NCBI RefSeq assembly: GCF_048320145.1 | Contig: NZ_CP182912.1 | DNA length: 32,000 nt | From: Escherichia coli | GTDB taxonomy: Bacteria > Pseudomonadota > Gammaproteobacteria > Enterobacterales > Enterobacteriaceae | Direction: 5' to 3' (one strand) | Shown here: one piece after another, positions 1 to 8,427 of the stretch | How positions within the stretch are numbered: position 1 is the first letter of the stretch | Layout of the letters: the number at the start of each line of letters is the position of its first letter | Made by a program: the position numbers and the translations under genes | The notes under the pieces: generated by a model | Seen by the model: only the letters and a program-made list of their open reading frames with translations | Told to the model about the DNA's origin: nothing | Database searches by the model: none

Positions 1-110
1 TGCCAGCGATCTTAATTGAAAAGCATCGCGCCGACCAGCAAGGCAATATTGTCCAGATAGATATTGAATATTGGCGATTTGAGGCCGTAGACCTCATCAT
101 TAATCTGTAG
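1..110 (+). CDS. yihL: 3' end of an ORF entering the window (GntR/HutC-type regulator by position)
   Basis: Frame 3 is open from position 3 and reads PAILIEKHRADQQGNIVQIDIEYWRFEAVDLIINL, with TAG at 108-110. It sits 7 nt upstream of the yihM ATG, in the position yihL occupies in E. coli K-12. The fragment is too short for the ORF track. The identity is from synteny and memory only. Confidence 0.55.
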   Translation, partial: PAILIEKHRADQQGNIVQIDIEYWRFEAVDLIINL

Positions 111-117
111 GTGTTTT

Positions 118-1098
118 ATGGTGACAATAAATAACGCAAGAAAGATTCTACAACGTGTCGACACTCTTCCTCTTTATTTACATGCTTATGCCTTTCATTT
201 AAATATGCGGCTGGAAAGAGTGTTGCCTGCTGATTTACTTGATATCGCAAGTGAAAATAATCTACGTGGCGTCAAAATCCATGTTCTGGATGGCGAGCGT
301 TTTTCTCTTGGTAATATGGACGATAAAGAACTCTCTGCCTTTGGGGATAAAGCCCGCCGTCTGAACCTTGATATTCATATTGAAACCAGCGCCTCAGATA
401 AGGCATCTATTGACGAAGCCGTCGCCATCGCGTTGAAAACTGGGGCATCGTCCGTACGTTTTTATCCACGTTATGAAGGTAATTTGCGCGACGTATTATC
501 GATTATCGCTAACGACATTGCCTATGTACGGGAAACGTATCAGGACAGCGGCCTGACTTTTACGATCGAGCAGCATGAAGATTTAAAAAGTCATGAGTTG
601 GTGTCGCTGGTCAAAGAAAGTGAGATGGAGTCTCTTTCCTTACTGTTTGATTTTGCGAACATGATCAATGCAAATGAGCATCCCATCGACGCCTTAAAAA
701 CGATGGCACCGCATATTACCCAGGTCCATATTAAAGATGCCTTGATCGTTAAAGAACAGGGTGGCCTGGGTCATAAAGCCTGTATTTCAGGTCAGGGTGA
801 TATGCCGTTCAAAGCGTTATTAACGCACCTTATCTGCCTTGGTGATGATGAGCCGCAGGTGACGGCATATGGCCTGGAAGAAGAGGTTGATTACTATGCG
901 CCGGCGTTCCGCTTTGAAGACGAAGATGATAATCCGTGGATCCCTTATCGCCAGATGAGTGAAACACCCCTACCAGAAAATCATTTACTGGATGCGCGGT
1001 TACGTAAAGAAAAAGAAGATGCAATTAATCAGATAAATCATGTGCGTAACGTACTACAACAAATCAAACAAGAGGCAAACCATCTTCTGAACCACTAA
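118..1098 (+). CDS. yihM: Xylose-isomerase-like TIM-barrel protein (putative sugar-phosphate isomerase/epimerase), function unknown
   Basis: The 326-aa ORF begins MVTINNARKILQRVD, which I recognise as E. coli YihM, and the length matches. It has an acidic, coiled-coil-looking C-terminal tail (EDEDDNPW...RKEKEDAINQINH). Confidence 0.9.
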   Translation: MVTINNARKILQRVDTLPLYLHAYAFHLNMRLERVLPADLLDIASENNLRGVKIHVLDGERFSLGNMDDKELSAFGDKARRLNLDIHIETSASDKASIDEAVAIALKTGASSVRFYPRYEGNLRDVLSIIANDIAYVRETYQDSGLTFTIEQHEDLKSHELVSLVKESEMESLSLLFDFANMINANEHPIDALKTMAPHITQVHIKDALIVKEQGGLGHKACISGQGDMPFKALLTHLICLGDDEPQVTAYGLEEEVDYYAPAFRFEDEDDNPWIPYRQMSETPLPENHLLDARLRKEKEDAINQINHVRNVLQQIKQEANHLLNH

Positions 1099-1199
1099 TA
1101 AGTTTTAACTCATACGCAGTTAATAAAACCATTCTATATGAATGGTCGGTATCTTATTGCCTTTAAAACAGTGATTTTAAAAATCGCTTAGGGGATGTT

Positions 1200-2465
1200 A
1201 TGCTCACGAAAAAGAAATGGGCGTTATTTAGTCTATTAACACTGTGTGGCGGTACAATTTATAAATTACCGTCGCTGAAAGATGCGTTTTATATCCCGAT
1301 GCAGGAATATTTCCATTTGACCAATGGTCAAATTGGTAATGCTATGTCGGTAAACTCATTTGTCACCACAGTGGGCTTTTTTCTGTCTATTTATTTTGCC
1401 GATAAACTACCGCGCAGATACACCATGTCATTCTCACTCATTGCGACAGGATTACTGGGTGTTTATTTGACGACAATGCCGGGGTATTGGGGCATCCTCT
1501 TTGTCTGGGCGCTATTTGGCGTTACTTGCGACATGATGAACTGGCCGGTCTTGCTCAAGTCGGTAAGTCGATTGGGCAATAGCGAACAACAAGGTCGGTT
1601 GTTTGGCTTCTTCGAAACAGGGCGTGGCATTGTCGATACCGTGGTGGCATTTTCTGCGTTGGCAGTATTTACCTGGTTTGGCAGTGGCTTATTAGGTTTT
1701 AAAGCAGGCATCTGGTTCTATTCCCTTATTGTGATTGCCGTAGGCATTATTATTTTCTTTGTCCTGAATGACAAAGAAGAGGCACCGTCCGTTGAGGTGA
1801 AAAAAGAAGACGGAGCATCGCAAAACACCAGTATGACCTCGGTGCTGAGAGACAAAACCATCTGGCTTATCGCTTTTAACGTCTTCTTTGTTTACGCGGT
1901 TTACTGTGGCCTGACATTCTTCATTCCATTCCTGAAAAACATCTATCTATTGCCCGTTGCGCTGGTGGGGGCTTACGGCATCATTAACCAATACTGTCTG
2001 AAAATGATTGGTGGACCGATTGGTGGCATGATTTCAGATAAGATCCTGAAATCGCCGAGTAAATATCTATGCTACACCTTTATCATCAGTACCGCTGCGC
2101 TCGTACTGTTGATTATGCTGCCGCACGAAAGTATGCCGGTCTATTTAGGGATGGCATGTACGCTGGGCTTTGGCGCGATAGTCTTTACACAGCGAGCCGT
2201 ATTTTTTGCACCTATCGGCGAAGCAAAAATTGCTGAAAATAAAACAGGCGCGGCGATGGCGTTGGGTAGCTTTATTGGTTACGCTCCGGCGATGTTCTGC
2301 TTCAGTCTGTATGGCTACATTCTGGATTTAAATCCGGGGATTATTGGCTACAAAATCGTGTTTGGCATTATGGCCTGCTTCGCATTCTGTGGTGCGGTGG
2401 TTTCCGTAATGCTGGTTAAGCGAATTAGCCAACGTAAGAAAGAGATGCTGGCGGCTGAAGCTTGA
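1200..2465 (+). CDS. yihN: Major-facilitator-superfamily transporter, substrate unknown
   Basis: The 421-aa ORF is very hydrophobic, with about 12 predicted TM stretches and a central hydrophilic loop (NDKEEAPSVEVKKEDGASQNTS) typical of the MFS 6+6 layout. GGGGA lies 5 nt upstream of the ATG. I recognise it as YihN. Confidence 0.9.
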   Translation: MLTKKKWALFSLLTLCGGTIYKLPSLKDAFYIPMQEYFHLTNGQIGNAMSVNSFVTTVGFFLSIYFADKLPRRYTMSFSLIATGLLGVYLTTMPGYWGILFVWALFGVTCDMMNWPVLLKSVSRLGNSEQQGRLFGFFETGRGIVDTVVAFSALAVFTWFGSGLLGFKAGIWFYSLIVIAVGIIIFFVLNDKEEAPSVEVKKEDGASQNTSMTSVLRDKTIWLIAFNVFFVYAVYCGLTFFIPFLKNIYLLPVALVGAYGIINQYCLKMIGGPIGGMISDKILKSPSKYLCYTFIISTAALVLLIMLPHESMPVYLGMACTLGFGAIVFTQRAVFFAPIGEAKIAENKTGAAMALGSFIGYAPAMFCFSLYGYILDLNPGIIGYKIVFGIMACFAFCGAVVSVMLVKRISQRKKEMLAAEA

Positions 2466-2470
2466 TTAAT

Positions 2471-2547
<77 letters not shown>

Positions 2548-2555
2548 GTTTCACA

Positions 2556-3248
2556 TCAGAAGAAATACTTCGTCCCGATACGAATCTGGTTTTGCTCGCG
2601 GTGGTACGGTTCGACATTACGATCTAACCAACGTAATTCGAAATAAGGCAGCCAGTGTTCATTAATGCGATAACGGAAGGTATTAGTGATTTCCCAGTGA
2701 TGATCTTTTCCATTGCTGCTATTAAAGTCATTTACGCGTATGAAATAATGTGGCTCAAATGTATAGGAAAATTTATCGGTGATTTTAAAATTCCAGTAGG
2801 TGCCAATTTCATAGGTGTCATTATTATCCAGTTCCCCGCTCAAATCTGTTGAACTATAGTTATTATGGTTATAGCGATTTCGTACTGTCAGATTAAACCA
2901 TGGTACAAATTTATAGTTGACGTCCAGATACACTGCACCACCCGAACCGATACTCTTATCATTAATTAAGCCACCGGGCTGGATGGTTAATTTATCGGTT
3001 GGTTTGAATAAAGGATACCAACCTTCAATTTCATTATAGCCATGTTTTAGTTCATCTTCTCGCTGAAAGGTGTAGGTATTGGTTAACATAATACCCGCGC
3101 CCATATCGAAGTTATAACCCACACGTAGCATAACCTCGCCCTGATCGGAGGCAAGATTATATGCCTCCCTGTTTTCGACGTATGCGCCAGCAAATACCGA
3201 GGCAGAGGTCAGAGAAGATAATAAAATTATTGCATTAATCTTTTTCAT
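2556..3248 (-). CDS. ompL: Outer-membrane porin of the KdgM/oligogalacturonate-porin family
   Basis: The ORF track begins at 3284, but the internal ATG at 3248 gives MKKINAIILLSSLTSASVFA/GAYVEN, a signal peptide. That start yields 230 aa, the known OmpL length. The alternating beta-strand pattern and the C-terminal aromatic (KYFF) fit a beta-barrel protein. Confidence 0.9.
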   Translation of the reverse strand: MKKINAIILLSSLTSASVFAGAYVENREAYNLASDQGEVMLRVGYNFDMGAGIMLTNTYTFQREDELKHGYNEIEGWYPLFKPTDKLTIQPGGLINDKSIGSGGAVYLDVNYKFVPWFNLTVRNRYNHNNYSSTDLSGELDNNDTYEIGTYWNFKITDKFSYTFEPHYFIRVNDFNSSNGKDHHWEITNTFRYRINEHWLPYFELRWLDRNVEPYHREQNQIRIGTKYFF

Positions 3249-3315
3249 AATAAGTCCATTTTTTAAACGTAGGGAGGCCGCCACCCACCAGGATGGAAAT
3301 AGCGGCTATTGACAT

Positions 3316-4719
3316 TTATAACGTTACGGAAGCCGTTTTTTCTTCTGTCGCCATCTCTTTATTTTTGCGTTGGTTGATTTCCTCAATAATCAATGCAAAC
3401 CGTTTTTCATTGAGTGTGTAAAAGAATCCCATCGTCAATGCAGCAATAATTGCCAGTGCACAAGGCCAGATAAAAATGAGCTGACGCAAACCCTGTAATG
3501 TCGCATCGCTTTGCGCGATGTTGGGAACATAACCAATTTGCGTCAGCATAATGCCTGGCAAGAAGCCAGCAAGTGCGGCAGAAATTTTACGAAAGAAGGT
3601 ATAACCGGTATAAACAGAACCTTCGGCACGAATACCGGTTTTCCATTCACCGTAATCTACGGTATCTGGTACCAGTGCCCAGTTCAGGCTGTTTACAAAG
3701 GCCGTGCCAAAAAAGGCGACACAAGAGAACATGACGAAAGTGAAAGAGTTACTTCCCCAGAAATAATTCAGTATATCACCCACCGCCCACAGCACCATGC
3801 CAGCTAAATAAACCTGTTTTTTACCAAAACATTTTACAGTTACTGGCACCAGTAATACGCCGACGAGGATGCATCCCATACTGAAGAATCCCATCCACGA
3901 CAATAAATTAATATCATTCAGCACATACTGGGTGTAATAGACCTGAATCGCCAGTTTGATATTAAATGCCGCCAGAGTACACAGGTTAGCAATGCATAAA
4001 ACCAGCAATGGTGGATTACGAAATATCGCGCAAAAAGATTTGAGAATACTGGCTTTATGTCCGGTTGGCGCTGTGTCCACATAATGCTCTTTGACGCCTC
4101 TGTAGCACAGCATCATAAAAATAAAGCCGCCAATGGAGAACATAAGTGCCGCACAGGCATAACCGACGGTTGAGTCAGAAAAAAGCGACTGCAACGGAAT
4201 AAACGCCACGGTACAAATCAATAGCCCTATGGTTGCACCACCCTGGCGGTAAGCCGCGAGCTGCGCGCGCTCATTCGGGTTTTTGGTAATTGCCGGGATC
4301 ATCGCACCATACGAGCAGTTCATCAGACTGTATGAAAGTCCAAACATCATAAACAGCGCGGTGGCAATCGTCGTTTTAACCGGCAAACAAAAGGTGGTGG
4401 CGATAAACTGGAGCGTTGCAATTAACGCCGCCGGAACTGCTGCATATAAAATAAAGGGACGAAATTTGCCTTTAGGCCCAATATTTTTCCGCGAGTCGAG
4501 TAAAAATCCGGTGAGCATATCGGTAAACGCGGTAAAAAACTTCGCCACCAGAAAGATAATCCCGCCATAGTAAGCAGGCATCCCTAATTCATCGGTATAA
4601 AATTTGAGGAGATACAGAGTACCGATGCAGAGCATTAAATTCGAACCGACGTCGCCCATACCATAGGCGATTTTTTCCCGCAGATTCAGTTTTAATGTCA
4701 GTGGATTATGGTCAGACAT
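3316..4719 (-). CDS. yihO: GPH-family (glycoside-pentoside-hexuronide:cation symporter) transporter, sulfoquinovose-cluster permease
   Basis: The ATG at 4719 is preceded by AAGGAG with a 5-nt spacing, whereas the track start at 4725 is a GTG. This gives 467 aa beginning MSDHNPLTLKL. The protein is polytopic and paralogous to the next gene. Confidence 0.92.
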   Translation of the reverse strand: MSDHNPLTLKLNLREKIAYGMGDVGSNLMLCIGTLYLLKFYTDELGMPAYYGGIIFLVAKFFTAFTDMLTGFLLDSRKNIGPKGKFRPFILYAAVPAALIATLQFIATTFCLPVKTTIATALFMMFGLSYSLMNCSYGAMIPAITKNPNERAQLAAYRQGGATIGLLICTVAFIPLQSLFSDSTVGYACAALMFSIGGFIFMMLCYRGVKEHYVDTAPTGHKASILKSFCAIFRNPPLLVLCIANLCTLAAFNIKLAIQVYYTQYVLNDINLLSWMGFFSMGCILVGVLLVPVTVKCFGKKQVYLAGMVLWAVGDILNYFWGSNSFTFVMFSCVAFFGTAFVNSLNWALVPDTVDYGEWKTGIRAEGSVYTGYTFFRKISAALAGFLPGIMLTQIGYVPNIAQSDATLQGLRQLIFIWPCALAIIAALTMGFFYTLNEKRFALIIEEINQRKNKEMATEEKTASVTL

Positions 4720-4733
4720 AATCACTCCTTATA

Positions 4734-4749
4734 ACGCCCCGCAGGGCGT
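4734..4749 (-). other. Intercistronic GC hairpin between yihP stop and yihO SD
   Basis: ACGCCC-cgca-GGGCGT is a perfect 6-bp stem with a 4-nt loop. It lies 12 nt after the yihP TAA and immediately before the yihO AAGGAG. There is no U-tract. Confidence 0.35.
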
Positions 4750-4761
4750 CGTTTATTATTA

Positions 4762-6147
4762 TTACGCCGTGCGTTTACGTGCTTCTATCTCTTCCACAAT
4801 GCGGACATACATCTTCTCGTTCAGGCTGTAGAAGCAACCCATCGCCACAATGGTGACTACCGCCAGTGCGCTTGGGTAGATGAAGATCAACTGGCGTAAC
4901 CCTTCAATGGTGTGGTCAGCCTGTGCGACGTTCGGCACATAGCCAATTTGCGTCAGCATCCAGCCGGGGAAGAAACCAGCCAGCGCCTGAGACACTTTGC
5001 GAAAGAAGGTGAAGCCGGTGTAGACCGTGCCTTCCGAACGCACGCCGGTGCGCCACTCGCCGTACTCGACGGTGTCGGAAACCAGCGCCCAGTTCAGGCT
5101 GTTAACAAACGCTGAGCCGAAGAACGCCAGGCAGGAGAACGCCACAAAGCTGACCGAGCCGCCGCCGAAGAAATAGTTGAGCAGATCGCCCAGCACCCAA
5201 ATCAGCAGGCCGCCGATATAGACCTTCTTCTTACCAAAACGTCTGACTGCGCCAGGCATCAGGAACACGCCGATGAAAATACAGCCCATGCTGAAAAATC
5301 CCATATACGACAACAGGATGGGATCGTTAAGTACGTGCTGGGTGTAATAGACCTGAATGGCGAGCTTGACGTTAAACGCCCCTAAGGTGCAGAGGTTGGC
5401 AATACACAGAATGAACAGTGGGCGGTTACCGGCAATTGCGCGGAAAGATTGCAACAGGCCAGGCTTTTGCGCCGGATTGGTTGGTTGGGTTTCGACATAA
5501 CGCTCTTTCACGCCTGAGTAGCAGATCCACATAAACAGCAGGCCGAACAGTGAAAACAGCGTGGCGGCGAAGATATAGCCAAGTTGCTGATTACCCTCGA
5601 TAAGATTCATCACTGGCACGAATCCCACCGTGCACAGCAGCAGGCCCAGCGTAGCGCCGCCCTGACGCCATGCCGCCAGTGAGGCGCGTTCGTTGGGGTT
5701 TTTGGTGATAGCGGGAACCATTGCGCCGTAGGAGCAGTTCATCATGCTGAAAAACAGTCCGTAAAGCATAAACAGAATAGTGGCCATCACCGTTTTACCG
5801 GTGACATCAAACGGTGTGCCGACAAAGTTGGCGATCGCCAGTAAGGTGACCGGGAATGACGCATACAGAATAAAAGGACGGAACTTACCTTTTGGACCGA
5901 TCTTGCGTCGGGAATCCAACATAATGCCGGTACCCATATCGGTAAACGCAGTAAAGAATTTTGAAATCAAAAAGATAATGCCGCCATAGGTGCCTGGCAG
6001 CCCCAGAACGTCGGTATAAAACTTCAAAAGATAAAGTGTACCGATATCCAGCAGGATGTTAGAGGCCAGGTCGCCAATACCGTAAGAGAGTTTCTCTTTA
6101 AAGGGCAGGCGTAAAGTTGCTGGATCTTCCGTTGTGATGTGACTCAT
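4762..6147 (-). CDS. yihP: GPH-family transporter, sulfoquinovose-cluster permease (paralog of yihO)
   Basis: The ATG at 6147 is preceded by AGGGAGA and gives 461 aa beginning MSHITTEDPATLRL. The ORF-track start at 6180 lacks an SD. By eye it is roughly two-thirds identical to YihO over its full length. Confidence 0.92.
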   Translation of the reverse strand: MSHITTEDPATLRLPFKEKLSYGIGDLASNILLDIGTLYLLKFYTDVLGLPGTYGGIIFLISKFFTAFTDMGTGIMLDSRRKIGPKGKFRPFILYASFPVTLLAIANFVGTPFDVTGKTVMATILFMLYGLFFSMMNCSYGAMVPAITKNPNERASLAAWRQGGATLGLLLCTVGFVPVMNLIEGNQQLGYIFAATLFSLFGLLFMWICYSGVKERYVETQPTNPAQKPGLLQSFRAIAGNRPLFILCIANLCTLGAFNVKLAIQVYYTQHVLNDPILLSYMGFFSMGCIFIGVFLMPGAVRRFGKKKVYIGGLLIWVLGDLLNYFFGGGSVSFVAFSCLAFFGSAFVNSLNWALVSDTVEYGEWRTGVRSEGTVYTGFTFFRKVSQALAGFFPGWMLTQIGYVPNVAQADHTIEGLRQLIFIYPSALAVVTIVAMGCFYSLNEKMYVRIVEEIEARKRTA

Positions 6148-6192
6148 CGATGTTCTCCCTTTGCCCATGAGTTTCCCCACGGGCGGATGTGA

Positions 6193-8229
6193 TTAGATGC
6201 TTTTTAACGACGCGAACAGTGCCGCCCATTCGCTATCGGCGCGATAAAAGACCGGCGGCTTGCCGATGGGCGCATTAACGGTAACTTCCCCGCCCCGGAA
6301 CGCTTCACCCGTCCAGGCGTGGACCCAGTTATCCTCCGGCAGATAGAGCGTCCAGTCGCTACGGCCTTCTTCATGCACCGGAGCGACCAGAATGTCGCGA
6401 CCTAACAGGTACTGATATTTCAGGGTGTAAGTGTGCGCATCGTCTTCGTAATGCAGGAACAGCGGGCGCATAACCGGCAGGCCGGACTTCGCATTCAGCG
6501 CGACAGCCTCTTTCAGGTAAGGTTTCAGGGTGGTGAAGACGGAGGTCATACGGGCAAAATGGGCGATAGTTTCTGCGTCGCCGTCAAACTGCCAGTTGTC
6601 GCCAGGACGGTTACCTTCGTGGGTGCGCATCATCGGCGTGAAGGCGCTGAAATCGCACCAGCGCAGCAGCAGCTCTTTGCTGCGCTTCATCTCAAACAGG
6701 GTGGTGTAACCGCCAATGTCGCTGTGGTGCAGGCCATGTCCGGTCATTGCCAGCGACAGCGCCGCCGGGACAACCGACGCCAGGCCATCGTCGAGACTCC
6801 AGTCGACGTTCTGGTCGCCCGCCCACATCATGGTGGAGTATTTCTGGCTACCGGTAGAACCGGCGCGCATAAAGAAAAGGATCTCGCCGAGCTTGCCCGT
6901 TTCTTCAAGGGCTTCGTAGTTACATTTCGCCCACAGCGCGGGCCAGGCGTTATGCATAATTTCGGCGCTGATGCCGTTATGCAGGTAAGTGTCGGTGGGC
7001 AGATACTCGCCGAAGTCAGCCATCCAGCCGCCGCAGCCGAGTTCAATCATGTTCTTTTTGATCACTTCCTTGAACCAGGCGTAGGCTTCTGGATTAGTGA
7101 GATCGACAACGCCGCCGTAAAACTCGCCAAACTCCACCAGATAGTCACCGCCAGAGGCATCTTTTGCCAGATAGCCGTGTTGTGCCGCTTCTTCGCAGAG
7201 ATCTTTATCGCTGGCAACATACGGGTTGATATAGGCCAGGAACTGCACGCCCTCCTGATTCCACTGCTTAATGCGTGAATCCAGTTGCGGGTAGTTTTCG
7301 CTGTTCCACTTCCAGTTCCACATCACGCGTTTGCCAAAAGAGGTCATACGAATACCGGACCAGTCCTGCGCCCAGATGCCGTTGACCTTCACGCCCGCGT
7401 TACGCATGGTGTCCAGTTTCTTCTGGCACACTTCCGTCCCGCCCTGAATGCCGAGCGTTACTCCGTCATAAATCCAGTCGGGCAGTTCTGGCTGGCGTCC
7501 CAGCAGGGCGGTTAATTTTTCCAGCAGGGAAATGTATGTGTCAGCACATTCAAAACGCAGCGTTGCTTTGTCTTCCCACAGCGCCAGTTCATGGTATTCC
7601 GGGGCACTAAAGTCGAAGTTCATATAGCAACTGTTATCAACATGGCAGTAATACTTCTGCGTGCTGACAAACGTAGGCTGTGGGAAGAAAGTCCAGTAAT
7701 AGTCGCCGCCCGCATTTTCTTTGCAGTCGGCCTGCCAGGTGACATAGGTTTGTTTGTTGCGACCAACGCCTTGTTCACTGGTCCATAGCGGGAACGGTTT
7801 GCCACGCAGATCGAAGTAGGAAAACTGTTCGCCGCAGCCGTAGATATGGTCCTCTGGTTGAGCGGCAAGGCGCAGCCAGATACGGTTGTGGTTAAGGTTG
7901 TCGTTTTGTAGTTCCAGCAATAAACGGCCCTGATCGTCGGCAGAGATATTCAGCGTGGCGCTAATGTCAGAACCACGGCTGAAATGAATTAACCAACCAG
8001 CCGGTGACTGGCTGACGATGGCGTCGGTAAGCGCAATTTTCTCCTGTAGTTTATCTTTAATGCTGAAATTACCGCGGAACATATCGATATCCGCTATACC
8101 TGAGCCAATCCATAAACAAGGATTATCTTTGCTATGGGTTAAAATAAGACGTTGTTGAAAATGTAGGGTAAAACTGTCGTTATTCTGATGAAATTGAAAA
8201 TCTAATAACTGTGGACGTGGCGTATCCAT
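6193..8229 (-). CDS. yihQ: GH31 sulfoquinovosidase
   Basis: The 678-aa ORF begins MDTPRPQLLDFQFHQ. GH31 catalytic motifs are visible: GGWMADFGEYLP (nucleophile Asp) and MMWAGDQNVDW (acid/base Asp). KRVMWNW carries the Arg/Trp sulfonate-recognition residues described for YihQ. Confidence 0.95.
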   Translation of the reverse strand: MDTPRPQLLDFQFHQNNDSFTLHFQQRLILTHSKDNPCLWIGSGIADIDMFRGNFSIKDKLQEKIALTDAIVSQSPAGWLIHFSRGSDISATLNISADDQGRLLLELQNDNLNHNRIWLRLAAQPEDHIYGCGEQFSYFDLRGKPFPLWTSEQGVGRNKQTYVTWQADCKENAGGDYYWTFFPQPTFVSTQKYYCHVDNSCYMNFDFSAPEYHELALWEDKATLRFECADTYISLLEKLTALLGRQPELPDWIYDGVTLGIQGGTEVCQKKLDTMRNAGVKVNGIWAQDWSGIRMTSFGKRVMWNWKWNSENYPQLDSRIKQWNQEGVQFLAYINPYVASDKDLCEEAAQHGYLAKDASGGDYLVEFGEFYGGVVDLTNPEAYAWFKEVIKKNMIELGCGGWMADFGEYLPTDTYLHNGISAEIMHNAWPALWAKCNYEALEETGKLGEILFFMRAGSTGSQKYSTMMWAGDQNVDWSLDDGLASVVPAALSLAMTGHGLHHSDIGGYTTLFEMKRSKELLLRWCDFSAFTPMMRTHEGNRPGDNWQFDGDAETIAHFARMTSVFTTLKPYLKEAVALNAKSGLPVMRPLFLHYEDDAHTYTLKYQYLLGRDILVAPVHEEGRSDWTLYLPEDNWVHAWTGEAFRGGEVTVNAPIGKPPVFYRADSEWAALFASLKSI

Positions 8230-8427
8230 AACTAATCTCCATAGAGTTGAGAACGAGATTGTTGCCTTCCTGTTATTACAGGCTTATGTAAAATGATTCT
8301 CATAAAACTGATATATAAAAACTTTACAGAAGCTGAGCTGTTTTTAACTTAATAAATTGAAGATACATAATGTTGCCTTTAGCGAGTGAAATGTTCTTCA
8401 ATGATTTTGACTGCTAATCAATACAAG

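Noticed and set aside
3249-3284. Longer N-terminal extensions offered by the ORF track for ompL. The same applies to yihO 4725, yihP 6180, yihS 10724, yihV 12686, yihW 13598, yihX 14485, yiiE 18221, yiiF 18684, frvX 29872 and frvB 31313.
   Set aside because: Several use GTG or TTG, or have no SD or zero SD spacing. In every case an internal ATG has a well-spaced SD and reproduces the length I recall for the K-12 protein.
6433-7278. A 281-aa plus-strand ORF antisense to yihQ. Similar long antisense ORFs occur at 9966-10604, 19577-20089, 20841-21503, 21852-22895, 23163-23927, 24336-25037 and 25442-25852.
   Set aside because: All lie entirely or mostly opposite well-supported genes. They translate to Arg/Ala/Gly/His-rich low-complexity sequence typical of shadow frames in GC-rich coding DNA, and they lack SD sequences.
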